Shown here: positions 10,417 through 20,705 of the stretch, in pieces | Layout of the letters: each line of letters begins with the position of its first letter | Position numbering within the stretch: position 1 is the first letter of the stretch | NCBI GenBank assembly: GCA_036149055.1 | Contig: JAYZQJ010000279.1 | Span: 32,638 to 96,637, forward strand | Direction: 5' to 3' | DNA length: 64,000 nucleotides | From: Myxococcota bacterium | GTDB taxonomy: Bacteria; Myxococcota_A; Polyangia; Polyangiales; Sandaracinaceae | Notes under the pieces: generated by a model | What the model was told of the DNA's origin: nothing | What the model saw: the letters and a program-made list of their open reading frames with translations, nothing else | Databases searched by the model: none | Program-made: the position numbers and the translations under genes

Positions 10417-10857
10417 ATGCCGACGCTCCGCCTCCGCCGCCTGCGCCCCGACGCCCGCCTCCCTCGCTACGAGACCGAGGGCGCCGCCGGCCTCGACCTC
10501 TCGGCCGCGCTCGACGCGCCCCTCGTGCTCGGCCCGGGGGATCGGGCGGCGGTGCCGACGGGGCTCGCGCTCGGGCTGCCCGCGGGTCACGAGGGTCAGG
10601 TCCGGCCCCGGAGCGGGCTCGCCGCGCGCCACGGGGTGACCGTGGTGAACGCGCCGGGGACCATCGACGAGGACTACCGCGGCGAGGTGAAGGTGCTGCT
10701 GGTGAACCTCGGCGACGCGCCCCACACCATCCAGAGCGGCGATCGCATCGCGCAGCTGGTGGTCGCGCCGGTCACGCGGGTGGCGCTCGAGGAGGTCGCG
10801 GAGCTCGACGAGACGGCCCGCGGCGCGGGGGGGTTCGGTAGCACCGGAGCGCGGTGA
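10417..10857 (+). CDS. dut: dUTP diphosphatase
   Basis: [39 protein letters not shown]. Confidence 0.97.
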   Translation: MPTLRLRRLRPDARLPRYETEGAAGLDLSAALDAPLVLGPGDRAAVPTGLALGLPAGHEGQVRPRSGLAARHGVTVVNAPGTIDEDYRGEVKVLLVNLGDAPHTIQSGDRIAQLVVAPVTRVALEEVAELDETARGAGGFGSTGAR

Positions 10858-10893
10858 TACCCTGACGGATAACCGCAGCTGCATTGCACGGGT

Positions 10894-12849
10894 GTGGCCT
10901 TCGGGGCACAACCTCCACCTTCCTCGATGTCCACCGACGCCACGCAGGTCTCCGGCTCCCCTCTCGCGGGGGAAGGCCCCCGCCCGGGAGACGTCCTCGC
11001 CGAGCGCTACGAGCTGCTCGAGCTGATCGACCTCGAGGGACCGACGCACGGCTACCGCGCGCTCGACCAGGAGACCGAGCGGGTCGTCCTGGTGCGCATC
11101 CTGGCTGGCGCCGGCCTGCACACCGACGAGTGCGACGCGGTGGTGGACCGGCTGCAGGGCATGCTCGGGGTCGGCGGGCGCTACCTCTCGTCGCTGCTCG
11201 ACGCGGATCGGGAGCGACGCTCGCCGTTCACCGTGGAGGGCTGGCCGCCCGGGACGCAGCTCTCGGCGATCCTCGACGGGCGGCGGGGCAAGGGGCAGCT
11301 GCTCGGGGCCCGGGAGGCGCTCCCGGTGGTGGCTCGCCTCGACGCCGCGCTCGCCGCCCTGCCGGAGGGCTGGCCGCACGGCGACGTGCGACCGGAGCGG
11401 GTGTGGCTCGACGCGGACGGGCTCCGGCTCACCGGCGCCTACCTGCTGACCGCGCTGCCCCACGACGAGCTGACCAACCGGGTGGCCGATCTCGGGCCCG
11501 GCGCCCTCGCCTACCCGCCGGAGCTCGCCGAGAAGGCCGGGCGCCCGAGCCCGGCGTCCGACCGGTGGGGGGTGGCCTCGATCGCGTGGGAGGCGCTGAC
11601 CGGGCGCTCGGTGGACCCCGACTCGAGCACCCCCGAGATCTCCGCCGGGCTGCGCGAGGCGCTGCTCGGCCTGCTCCGCCCGAGCCCCGAGGCGCGCGAG
11701 GCGACGCTGCGCCCGCTGCTCCAGGCGCTCGCCGACGAGGCCCGGATGCAGGTCCCCGAGATCGACCCGGAGGTCCACCGACCGCCGACCGCGCGCATCT
11801 CGCCCCGGGAGCGCCGCGCCCCGCGGCCGCGGGTGATCGCGGGGGCGGCGGCGGAGGGCACCCAGGAGGTCAGCTTCGACCAGATCCTGGAGGAGCGGCC
11901 CGCGCCGAAGCCGCGCAAGATCCCGGGCGCCGCCGCCGAGGGCACCCAGGAGATCGCCTTCGACCAGATCGAGGAGCTGCCGCTCGACGAGCACGCCGAC
12001 TCCCTCGACCCGCGTTTGGTCCGGGCGGCGCTCGACGTCCAGATGGACAGCGTCGACGCCCCCTCCCCCGACGACACCGCCAAGCACGCCTCGCTCTCCG
12101 GCGAGTCCATCCCCGACGCGGACAGCATCGACCCCCGCCTCCTCCGGGCCGCGCTCGGTGTGGAGATGGACAGCGTCCAGATGGACAGCGTCGACAGCGC
12201 CGAGATCTCCCAGGACGGGCTCGACCCGCGGCTGGTCCGCGCCGCGCTCGGCGTCCAGATGGACAGCGTCGACTCGCTCGAGGCGGAGCTCGACGAGCTG
12301 CCCTCCGAGGAGCTCGAGCTCGTCGAGCCGGAGAAGCCGGCCGCCCGACCCCTCCCCGCCCCCAACCCCAAGCCCAAGCCCGCCGCCACGCCGGCCCCGC
12401 GGGCCATGCCGGCCCCCAAGCCCATGCCGGCCCCCAAGCCCATGCCGGCCCCCAAGCCCACGCCGGCCCCCAGAGCCATGCCCGCGCCCAAGCCCATGCC
12501 GGCGCCCAAGCCAATGCCCGAGCCCGCGCCGGCGCCCCGGCCGCAGGCGGCGAGCGCGCCTCAGCCGACCACGCCGGCGCCCCGGCCGATGCCCGCTCCG
12601 GCGGCCGCCGTGCCCGCGCAGCTGGACACGCCGCGGCCGAGCGGGACCGCGGTGGTGGCGCGCGGGGCGGTCCAGGGCACGCCCAAGAAGAAGTCCGCCG
12701 CCGGCCTCCTGATCGTGATCGGCGCGCTCGTGCTCGCGATCGCGATCGTGGGCCTCGGCTTCCTCATCGCCAGCCATCGGCGCGACGAGGCGGCCCGCCA
12801 GCGGCAGATCGAGGAGCGCCTCGAGCAGCTCCGCGTCCCGCAGGAATGA
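10894..12849 (+). CDS. Membrane-anchored degenerate Ser/Thr kinase-like protein (pseudokinase); start may be ATG 10927
   Basis: LAERYELLE, HGDVRPERV, YPPE, SDRW, EALTG; acidic and Pro-rich repeats; C-terminal TM helix. Confidence 0.7.
   Translation: MAFGAQPPPSSMSTDATQVSGSPLAGEGPRPGDVLAERYELLELIDLEGPTHGYRALDQETERVVLVRILAGAGLHTDECDAVVDRLQGMLGVGGRYLSSLLDADRERRSPFTVEGWPPGTQLSAILDGRRGKGQLLGAREALPVVARLDAALAALPEGWPHGDVRPERVWLDADGLRLTGAYLLTALPHDELTNRVADLGPGALAYPPELAEKAGRPSPASDRWGVASIAWEALTGRSVDPDSSTPEISAGLREALLGLLRPSPEAREATLRPLLQALADEARMQVPEIDPEVHRPPTARISPRERRAPRPRVIAGAAAEGTQEVSFDQILEERPAPKPRKIPGAAAEGTQEIAFDQIEELPLDEHADSLDPRLVRAALDVQMDSVDAPSPDDTAKHASLSGESIPDADSIDPRLLRAALGVEMDSVQMDSVDSAEISQDGLDPRLVRAALGVQMDSVDSLEAELDELPSEELELVEPEKPAARPLPAPNPKPKPAATPAPRAMPAPKPMPAPKPMPAPKPTPAPRAMPAPKPMPAPKPMPEPAPAPRPQAASAPQPTTPAPRPMPAPAAAVPAQLDTPRPSGTAVVARGAVQGTPKKKSAAGLLIVIGALVLAIAIVGLGFLIASHRRDEAARQRQIEERLEQLRVPQE
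12400..12520 (+). repeat. 18-bp coding tandem repeat (PAPKPM)
   Basis: CCGGCCCCCAAGCCCATG and variants, about 6 copies. Confidence 0.9.
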
Positions 12850-12924
12850 ACAGCGCCCCGCGCGGCGACGAGGCCGGCAGGGCGAGGCTCGATCGAAGGC
12901 GCTCCCCGAGGGAGCGCCGCTCGA

Positions 12925-13254
12925 CTACATGGCGCCGTCGAGCTTCTGCGCGAGGATCGTCTTGGGCGCGAGGCCGACCTGCTGGTCGACCACCTCACCG
13001 CCCTTGAAGATCAGGATCGTGGGGACGCCGCGGATCTGGAAACGGCGCGCCGTCTCCGGGCTCTCGTCGATGTCGAGCTTGGCCACCTTGGCCTTGCCGC
13101 TGTACTCGTCCGCGAGCTGATCGACGAGGGGCGCGATCTGCCGGCACGGGCCGCACCACGTCGCGGTGAAATCGACGAGCACGGGCTGGTCGGACTTGAC
13201 CACCTCGTCTTCGAAGTTGAGGTCGTTCACGGACACGACGTTCTTGCCTGCCAT
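12925..13254 (-). CDS. trxA: Thioredoxin
   Basis: WCGPC, IRGVPT; 109 aa from ATG 13254. Confidence 0.95.
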   Translation of the reverse strand: MAGKNVVSVNDLNFEDEVVKSDQPVLVDFTATWCGPCRQIAPLVDQLADEYSGKAKVAKLDIDESPETARRFQIRGVPTILIFKGGEVVDQQVGLAPKTILAQKLDGAM

Positions 13255-13388
13255 GCTGCTGCTCCCATTCCGGACCGCCCGAAGAGGGCGATCGACCCGC
13301 AAGTGATAGGAACCGCGGCGAGCCATGTCAATCGGAGCGCGCCTCCCGGATCCATGACGTCGACGGCCCGGGGAGGTAGAGTTCCGGC

Positions 13389-13802
13389 GTGCGCGCCAAC
13401 CGCCTCTTCGTCCCGCAAGCGATGCTCGATCTCTGGCTCTCCGAGGAGCGAGTGGAGGTCGAGGGCGAGGTGATGATCACCCGGCCCGAGGGACAGCGGC
13501 TCGAGCTGACCACCGCGGTGCTGTTCAAGGAGGAGGTGACCGGATCGCCGGACGCCCACGACCTCCTCGGGAAAGTGAAGGATCTGGAACAGTTGGCGGA
13601 GATCGGCGCGGAGCACTATGCCGACTCCGTGCTGCTCGGCGACAACGCGTACCAGGTGGTGGAGGGCTTCGCCGGCACCCCGCTCGCGGACGACGACGCG
13701 GTGATCGGCGACAGCCTGTCCGCGGCGGCGCGGGCCCTGACCGGCGAGCGCGCGGGCTCGGGCGAGATCGACCTGCTCGCCCGCTTCCTCCAGAGCCGGT
13801 GA
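13389..13802 (+). CDS. Hypothetical protein
   Basis: High GC3, natural composition, apparently co-transcribed with the downstream hem genes. Confidence 0.7.
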   Translation: MRANRLFVPQAMLDLWLSEERVEVEGEVMITRPEGQRLELTTAVLFKEEVTGSPDAHDLLGKVKDLEQLAEIGAEHYADSVLLGDNAYQVVEGFAGTPLADDDAVIGDSLSAAARALTGERAGSGEIDLLARFLQSR

Positions 13803-13806
13803 AGCG

Positions 13807-14634
13807 GTGGGAGACGACGCCATGTGGGTGACCGCCCTGTTCGGCCTGACCGCGGCCCTGTACGCGATCGCGGCGGGGCTCTACGTGCTCTTCCTCGCGC
13901 GGGGCACCGAGGGCGGCGCGACCTGGGCGGCCCGGGTGCTCGGCGGCGCGGTGGCGTCCCACGGCGCGTTCCTCGTCTCGAACTGGGCGGTGCTCGGCAC
14001 CGTGCCCACCGCGGACATCCACCAGGCGCTCGCGGTCCTCTCGCTGGTGCTGGTGCTCGTCTTCCTGCTGACCGCGCGGAGCCAGGACCGGCTGCACGTG
14101 CTGGGGGCGTTCATCACCCCGGTCACCCTGCTCCTGTTCCTCGGGGCCGCGTTCCGGCGCGGGGTGGGCCCGGTGCCCGAGGGGGTGAAGTCGGCGCTGC
14201 TGCCGGTCCACGTCGGCGTGAACGTGCTCGGGCTCGCGGCCTTCGCGCTCGCGGCCGCGGCGGCGCTCGCCTACCTGCTCCAGGAGCGGCAGCTCCGCCA
14301 GAAGCGGCTCGGCGGGCTGATGCAGCGGCTCCCGGCGCTCGACGTGCTGGACACGCTGGGGCTGCGCTCGGTGCTGGTCGGCTTCCCGCTCCTGACGGTC
14401 GGCGTGGTGACCGGCACGATCTGGGCGGTGCAGCTCCACCACGGGGGCTTCGGGCTGAGCGCCGCGCAGGGCTTCGGCCTGCTCTCGTGGCTGCTCTTCG
14501 CGGGGGTGCTGCTGCTCCGGGTCGCGGCCGGCTGGCGGGGGCGCAAGGCGGCCATCGGCACGGTGCTCGGGTTCCTCAGCACGATGGTCGTGCTCGTGGG
14601 CTACATGCTTCGGGGGACGGAGGGCCTCGGCTGA
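13807..14634 (+). CDS. CcsA/HemX-like cytochrome c biogenesis membrane protein
   Basis: About 8 TMs, YLLQERQLRQK..RLPALDVLD, GFPLLT.G.VTG.IWA; directly upstream of hemA. Confidence 0.85.
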   Translation: MGDDAMWVTALFGLTAALYAIAAGLYVLFLARGTEGGATWAARVLGGAVASHGAFLVSNWAVLGTVPTADIHQALAVLSLVLVLVFLLTARSQDRLHVLGAFITPVTLLLFLGAAFRRGVGPVPEGVKSALLPVHVGVNVLGLAAFALAAAAALAYLLQERQLRQKRLGGLMQRLPALDVLDTLGLRSVLVGFPLLTVGVVTGTIWAVQLHHGGFGLSAAQGFGLLSWLLFAGVLLLRVAAGWRGRKAAIGTVLGFLSTMVVLVGYMLRGTEGLG

Positions 14635-15962
14635 TGTCCTCGAACGATCTCCTCGTGGTGGGGATGAGCCATCGGACCTCGCCGGTGGCGCTGCGCGAGC
14701 GGCTGGCGGTCGAGGGCAAGGCGCTCGAGGCGAGCGTCCGCGAGATCCACGACTCGGCGCTCCTCCCGGAGGTGCTGCTCCTGAGCACCTGCAACCGGGT
14801 GGAGGTCTACGTCGGCGGCGAGGATCGCGAGCGGACGGCGAGCGCGGTCGCGCAGTGGCTCGAGGGCCGCGCGGGCGAGCGGGTGAGCGACTACCTCTAC
14901 GTGCACCACGGCGAGGAGGCGGTGCGCCACGCCTTCCGCGTCGCGGCGAGCCTCGACTCGATGGTGGTCGGCGAGCCGCAGATCCTCGGCCAGGTCAAGG
15001 AGGCGTACTTCGCCTCCAAGAGCACCGGCAGCCTCGGCACCCTGCTCGACCGCTGCTTCAGCACGGCGTTCGCGGTGGCCAAGAAGGTCCGCAGCGAGAC
15101 CACCATCGCCGAGGGCTCGGTCAGCGTCAGCTCGATCGCGGGCGACCTCGCCAAGAAGATCTTCGGCAACCTCGACGGTCGGCGGGTGCTCCTCGTCGGC
15201 GCGGGCGAGATGGGCGAGGCCGCGGGCAAGCACCTGCGCAAGGCCGGCGCCTCGCTCTTCGTGGTGAACCGGAGCCCGGAGAAGGCGGAGGCGCTCGCCC
15301 GGGAGCTCGACGGGCAGGCGCGCGGCCTCGAGGCGCTGTCGACCGAGCTCGCGCAGGCCGACGTGGCGATCGCCTCGACCTCGAGCCCCCGCTTCGTGAT
15401 CACGCCCGAGCTGATGAAGCCCGTGATCAAGGCGCGCCGCCACCGGCCGCTGTTCCTGATCGACATCGCCGTGCCGCGCGACGTCGATCCCCGCGTCGGG
15501 GAGATGGACAACGTCTTCCTCTACGACGTGGACGACCTCGAGCAGGTCGCGCAGGAGAACCTCGACGCCCGGCGCCGCGAGGCGGACGCGGCGGAGCGCA
15601 TCGTGACCCTCGAGGTCGCCGCGTTCGAGCGGTGGCGCCGCTCGGGGGTGCTCAAGCCGACGATCGTCGCGCTCCGTCAGAAGGTGCGCGGCACGCTCGC
15701 GGCCGAGCTCGAACGAACCCTGCCGCGCCTCAGCGGCGTCACGGAGCGCGAGCGGCGCTCGCTGGACAAGATGATCGACGCGATGACGAACAAGCTCCTT
15801 CACCGCACCATCAGCGAGCTGAAGGCCCACGCCGACACCCCGGAGGGCGAGGCGCTGCTGCGACACGCCCGGCTGCTCTACGAGCTCGAGGAGGACAACG
15901 AGCCGAGCGCCCAGAGCCCGGTCGTGCGCAAGAACCTCTCGCCCGCGAAGGGGGAGTCATGA
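14634..15962 (+). CDS. hemA: Glutamyl-tRNA reductase
   Basis: HRTSPVALRE, STCNRVE, SLDSMVVGEPQILGQ, GAGEM, DIAVPRD; TGATG overlap. Confidence 0.97.
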   Translation: MSSNDLLVVGMSHRTSPVALRERLAVEGKALEASVREIHDSALLPEVLLLSTCNRVEVYVGGEDRERTASAVAQWLEGRAGERVSDYLYVHHGEEAVRHAFRVAASLDSMVVGEPQILGQVKEAYFASKSTGSLGTLLDRCFSTAFAVAKKVRSETTIAEGSVSVSSIAGDLAKKIFGNLDGRRVLLVGAGEMGEAAGKHLRKAGASLFVVNRSPEKAEALARELDGQARGLEALSTELAQADVAIASTSSPRFVITPELMKPVIKARRHRPLFLIDIAVPRDVDPRVGEMDNVFLYDVDDLEQVAQENLDARRREADAAERIVTLEVAAFERWRRSGVLKPTIVALRQKVRGTLAAELERTLPRLSGVTERERRSLDKMIDAMTNKLLHRTISELKAHADTPEGEALLRHARLLYELEEDNEPSAQSPVVRKNLSPAKGES

Positions 15963-16960
15963 GCCGCGTCATCCGCATCGCGACCCGCAAGAGCCCGCTC
16001 GCCCTCGCGCAGACGCGCTGGGTCGGGGAGCGCATCCGCGCCCGGGCGCCGGACGTGACGATCGAGGAGCTCCACGTGGTCACCAAGGGCGACCAGGTGA
16101 TCGACAAGCCGCTCGCGAAGATCGGCGGCAAGGGCCTCTTCATCAGCGAGGTGGAGGCCTGCCTGCTCGAGGGCCGGGCCGAGCTCGCGGTGCACTCGAT
16201 GAAGGACGTGCCGGACGAGCTCGCCGAGGGCTTCGACATCCTCTGCGTCCCGGAGCGCGAGGACCCGCGAGACGTGCTCGTCTCGGCGGGCGGCAAGGAG
16301 CTGAGCGAGCTGTCGCAGGGCGCGGTGATCGGCACCTCGTCGCTGCGCCGGTCGTGTCAGCTGCGCGCGGCGCGCCCCGACCTCCAGTTCAAGGTGCTGC
16401 GCGGCAACGTCGGCACCCGGCTGCGCAAGCTCGACGAGGGGCAGTACGACGCGATCGTGCTCGCCTACGCGGGCATGAAGCGGCTGGGCCTCGACGCCGA
16501 GCGCGAGCTCTGGCCGCTGCCCGAGGACACCTCGGTCCCCGCCGTCGGGCAGGGCGCGCTCGGCATCGAAGGCAAGGTGGACGACCCGGCGCTGCGCGAT
16601 CTGCTGGTGGATCTCGAGCACGGCCCGACCCGGCTCGCGGTCGAGGCGGAGCGCGCCTACCTCTCGCGCCTGCAGGGCAGCTGCACCACGCCGATCGCCG
16701 CCTTCGCGCGCTTCGACGACGACGGCGAGACCCGCATGCGCATGGACGGCATGGTCGGCTCGGTCGACGGCGAGACGCTGCTGAGCGCCTCGATCGACGG
16801 CTACGTGGACGCCCCCGACCACGCGGCCCGTCTCCAGCAGGCCGCGCGCATGGGCGTCGAGCTCGCCGAGATGCAGCTCGACCGCGGCGCCGCCGAGCTC
16901 ATCCAGGCCGCGAAGGCGACCGAGGACCCCTACCTCATCGGCCCCTACGGCCCGCATTGA
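15959..16960 (+). CDS. hemC: Hydroxymethylbilane synthase
   Basis: ATRKSPLALAQ, GGKGLF, VHSMKD, GTSSLRR, RGNVGTRL, GSCTTP; ATGA overlap. Confidence 0.97.
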   Translation: MSRVIRIATRKSPLALAQTRWVGERIRARAPDVTIEELHVVTKGDQVIDKPLAKIGGKGLFISEVEACLLEGRAELAVHSMKDVPDELAEGFDILCVPEREDPRDVLVSAGGKELSELSQGAVIGTSSLRRSCQLRAARPDLQFKVLRGNVGTRLRKLDEGQYDAIVLAYAGMKRLGLDAERELWPLPEDTSVPAVGQGALGIEGKVDDPALRDLLVDLEHGPTRLAVEAERAYLSRLQGSCTTPIAAFARFDDDGETRMRMDGMVGSVDGETLLSASIDGYVDAPDHAARLQQAARMGVELAEMQLDRGAAELIQAAKATEDPYLIGPYGPH

Positions 16961-17027
16961 GCGTGACAGCGGCCCGTGACAGCGGCGTGTCGCGGGGGTG
17001 GCGGCGCGCTGCTAGGCTCCCTGGCGC

Positions 17028-18665
17028 GTGCAGAGGCAGTTTCTCTTCTTCGCGGCCCTGACGGGCCTCCTCGGGTGCGACGGCGCGGCGCCGAGCCCCG
17101 TCCCCGACGCCGGGCCGGCGCTGATGGCGCGCTGCGAGGCGATGGAGGGCGACGCGGTGGAGCTGCCGGCGCTGCGCTCCACGCTCGGCGGCACGATCCG
17201 GCCGGTCGCCGCGCGGAGGGAGGCGGACCCCAACCTCGATCCGTCGACCGAGGAGGCGGAGCTGCACTACCTGTCGATGGGCCTCGCCGACTACGAGGCG
17301 GGGCCGGGCCAGCCGCGGGTGATCCGCCGCGAGCTCGCCCGCGACGGCGAAGCGGGAGAGCGGCGCTCGCTCGCGTGGTTCGCGGTGCTCAGCGACTTCC
17401 AGCTGACCGACGACGAGTCGCCCGCGCGGTGGGCCGGCACCGACACGCCGAACGAGCTGACCTCGAGCGCCAAGCGGCCGCAGGAGGCGTACCTGCCGCG
17501 GGCGGTGAGCGCCATGAACCGCACCCTGACCCGGCTCGCCGACGAGACGCGGCCCTTCGACTTCGGCGTGGTGACCGGCGACTGCGCCGACAACGCCCAG
17601 CTGAACGAGCTGCGCTGGGTCATCGGGCTGATGGACGGCGAGCGCGTCCACGCCGACAGCGGCGACGACGACGATCCGCTCCCCGGGCCCGACAACGATC
17701 CCAAGGATCCGTTCGACGCGACGCCCTTCCCCGCGCCGTGGCTCTACGTGCCCGGCAACCACGACGTGGAGGTCATCGGCATCTTCCCTCCCGACGAGGA
17801 GCACGGCGCGCGCGCGGTCGGCTCGATGGCGCCGCTGGGGACGCGCGACTACCGCGAGCGGTGGGCGCCGGTGACGAACGGGCCCGTCCCCGCCGACCCC
17901 GAGCGGCGCCTGCTGCTGCTCGACGAGATCGTGGCCGAGCTGCAGGACACGCGCGCCGAGCCCGGGCCCATCGGACACGGCTACGACGCGGGCGCGGATC
18001 TCACCCACGGCGGCAGCTACGTGCGCGACGTCGTCCCCGGCGTGCTGCGCCTCGTCGTGATCGACACGAACGATCCATCGGGCGGCTCGCTCGGCATGAT
18101 CCGGCGCGACCGCCTCGAGGGCTTCCTGGAGCCGGCGCTCGACGCGGCGGCCCGCGACGGAGTGCTGGTGGTGCTCGCGAGCCACCACGCCACCACCGAC
18201 ATGGACACGCGCTACGGCGAGGCCGGCGGCACCGATCCCGAGGCGGTCGAGCCGGCGGCGATCGAGGCCGCCATCGCCGCGCACCCGGAGGTCATCGCCT
18301 GGGTCGTCGGCCACGCCCACCGCCACCGCGCGCGCCTCGTCGCGCCGCCCGGGGAGCGCGGGTACTGGGAGCTGATGACGCCGGCGCTCGCGGACTGGCC
18401 GGCGCAGGCCCGGGTGATGGAGGTCGTCGACGACGGGGACGGCAACCTCAGCGTCTACGCGACCGCCGTCGACTTCGACGCCGATCACTGCCTCGAGCGC
18501 CGCTTCCGCCGCCTCACCCTGCTGGACGATCGCAGCGGCTGGGCGCCCGATCACTCCGCGACCGACGCCGACGTCAACGTCCGCCTCGTCGTGCGCGCGC
18601 CGCCGTCGGTCCGCGACGCGATCGCGGCCGCCGAAGGCCACGAGGTCTGGAGCGATCGCCTGTGA
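17028..18665 (+). CDS. Calcineurin-like metallophosphoesterase lipoprotein
   Basis: Lipobox LLGC; SDFQLTD, TGDCADN, PGNHD, SHH, GHAH. Confidence 0.8.
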   Translation: MQRQFLFFAALTGLLGCDGAAPSPVPDAGPALMARCEAMEGDAVELPALRSTLGGTIRPVAARREADPNLDPSTEEAELHYLSMGLADYEAGPGQPRVIRRELARDGEAGERRSLAWFAVLSDFQLTDDESPARWAGTDTPNELTSSAKRPQEAYLPRAVSAMNRTLTRLADETRPFDFGVVTGDCADNAQLNELRWVIGLMDGERVHADSGDDDDPLPGPDNDPKDPFDATPFPAPWLYVPGNHDVEVIGIFPPDEEHGARAVGSMAPLGTRDYRERWAPVTNGPVPADPERRLLLLDEIVAELQDTRAEPGPIGHGYDAGADLTHGGSYVRDVVPGVLRLVVIDTNDPSGGSLGMIRRDRLEGFLEPALDAAARDGVLVVLASHHATTDMDTRYGEAGGTDPEAVEPAAIEAAIAAHPEVIAWVVGHAHRHRARLVAPPGERGYWELMTPALADWPAQARVMEVVDDGDGNLSVYATAVDFDADHCLERRFRRLTLLDDRSGWAPDHSATDADVNVRLVVRAPPSVRDAIAAAEGHEVWSDRL

Positions 18666-18726
18666 GGTGACGGCGGGCGCGGGTTCTGCGACGATGGGGG
18701 CCTCCCCCTTTGGCTGGAGGCTTCTC

Positions 18727-20040
18727 ATGCGCGTGCTCTCTCCGATCCTGTGCTTCGCCCTTCTCCTCGGTGCCTGCGGCGACGGGGAGGGCCCCGCCGA
18801 CGGCGAGGTCCCGGGCATGGACGCCGCGCTCGGCGACGGAGGCGGAGGCGACGGAGGCGGTAGCGACGGCGGCGCCGACGACGGAGGCGCCGACGACGGG
18901 GGGATCGACCGCGACGGCTCCACGCCTCCGCCGGTGACGTGTGAGGTGGTCGGAGAGACCTGCGCCGACGACGCGGACTGCTGCTCGAGGACGTGCGAGG
19001 GCGGCGCCTGCGCGGCCAACCCCATCTCGACCTGCGATCCGCTCGGCGAGTCGTGCGCCAGCGGAGCCGAGTGTTGCTCGCGACGCTGCGCGGCCGCGGA
19101 CGGCGCTCCCTGCGACGGTGACGGATGCCGGTGCGCGTTCGCGGCCGACTGCCGCACCACCGGCGATCTCTGCACCGACGACAGCGAGTGCTGCATCGGG
19201 CTCTGCGACCGCCCGGGCGGGGCCGCCGTCGGGCGGTGCGCCTCGGCCGGGTCCTGCCGGGTGGCCGGCGAGCCCTGCGAGACCGAGGGCCTGAGCGGCG
19301 CGTGCTGCTCCACCGCCTGCCTCGACCGCGACGGCACCGGGGTGCCGACCTGTCAGCGCCTCGGCGGCTGCCTCGTCCAGGACGAGGTCTGCGCGACCGA
19401 CGCCCAGTGCTGCAGCGGCTCGTGCGCCGACATGGGGACCGGCGCGGACGGCCGCCCGATCCGACGCTGCGCGAACGCGGGCTCGTGCCTCCCGGCCGGC
19501 GAGGTCTGCGGCGACGGCGGCGCGAGCAGCAACTGCTGCCCGAACGGCGGGGGCGACACCGGCTGCGTCATGGGCGCGGAGGGCATCCGGCGCTGCCTCG
19601 GCGGCGACGGGAGCTGCACCCTGCCGGCCGAGACGTGCACGTCCCCGGCCGACTGCTGCATCGAGACGTTCCCGGAGCTGACCTGCGCCGCCGGGCCGAG
19701 CGGCTCCATGGTGTGCTGCCTCCCCGACGGTGAAGACTGCGCGACCGGCAGCACCTGCTGCTCCGGGGTCTGCGCGCCCGACGCCACCGGTCGCCTGGTC
19801 TGCGGCGCCATGTGCCTCGCCGACGGGGCCGCCTGCACCACCGACGCCGACTGCTGCGGCTGCGGCTGCGTGAGCGACGGCATGGGCGGACAGGTCTGCA
19901 CCAGCGACGCGAGCCTCTGCGGCCCGTGCACGCTCGCCCAGCTCGGCGAGTCGTGCACCGCGGACGCGGACTGCTGCAACCCCGACACGGTCCGCTGCGC
20001 GACCGAGGTGGAGTTCTCGACGTGCGTGCTGCGCCGATGA
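18727..20040 (+). CDS. Cys-rich repeat lipoprotein
   Basis: Lipobox LGAC, DGG linker, about 10 modules of C-x6-C-x4/5-CC-x3-C. Confidence 0.8.
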   Translation: MRVLSPILCFALLLGACGDGEGPADGEVPGMDAALGDGGGGDGGGSDGGADDGGADDGGIDRDGSTPPPVTCEVVGETCADDADCCSRTCEGGACAANPISTCDPLGESCASGAECCSRRCAAADGAPCDGDGCRCAFAADCRTTGDLCTDDSECCIGLCDRPGGAAVGRCASAGSCRVAGEPCETEGLSGACCSTACLDRDGTGVPTCQRLGGCLVQDEVCATDAQCCSGSCADMGTGADGRPIRRCANAGSCLPAGEVCGDGGASSNCCPNGGGDTGCVMGAEGIRRCLGGDGSCTLPAETCTSPADCCIETFPELTCAAGPSGSMVCCLPDGEDCATGSTCCSGVCAPDATGRLVCGAMCLADGAACTTDADCCGCGCVSDGMGGQVCTSDASLCGPCTLAQLGESCTADADCCNPDTVRCATEVEFSTCVLRR

Positions 20041-20606
20041 GGGTCTGCCTCCTCGCGATCCTGCTCGCGGGCTGCGGAGGCGGCGTCGCGTCCGACGAGG
20101 CGGCCCGCGCGGCCTACCTCGGCCTCGACGACATGGTCGAGAAGGCCATGAGCCTCGGCTTCGACGGCTTCAACGCCGCGAGCAGCGCGAACATCCCGGA
20201 GCAGTCGACCACCGGCGACGAGCTGGGCACGCTCGTCGTCACCGGCCAGGTGGACCAGGGCGCGAGCCCGAACAAGGAGATGCGGCTCCGCGCCGCTCTC
20301 GCCGAGTACCAGGACGTGGTGCTCGTCGAGGACGAGCTCGTGATCGTCTACGACAGCGTGGCGCCGCTCGAGCTGGACCTCAGCCTGCGCGACATCCCGA
20401 GCGGCACCCTGAGCGGGACGCTGCGAGGCGAGCTGTCGATGACCGGGGACCTCGAGGGCACCGTGGTGCTCGACCTCGCCATCGACGGCGAGATCGAGCC
20501 CGACCCGGCCGACGAGTCCCGCGTGCGCCGGGTCCCCGGGACCACCACCATTCGCGGCACCGCGACCTCGCCCTACGGCGTCTTCGAGGTCGACGTCACC
20601 CGCTGA
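20037..20606 (+). CDS. Hypothetical lipoprotein
   Basis: ATGA overlap; MRVCLLAILLAGC. Confidence 0.75.
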   Translation: MRVCLLAILLAGCGGGVASDEAARAAYLGLDDMVEKAMSLGFDGFNAASSANIPEQSTTGDELGTLVVTGQVDQGASPNKEMRLRAALAEYQDVVLVEDELVIVYDSVAPLELDLSLRDIPSGTLSGTLRGELSMTGDLEGTVVLDLAIDGEIEPDPADESRVRRVPGTTTIRGTATSPYGVFEVDVTR

Positions 20607-20705
20607 CGGCGGCGACACGCCACGGCCGTGGCGAAACGACGCGCGGCGGGGCCGAGGCCGCTGAGCTGGCGCGCTCTTGGTGCGGCGGTTGCTGCGCTCC
20701 GGAGC

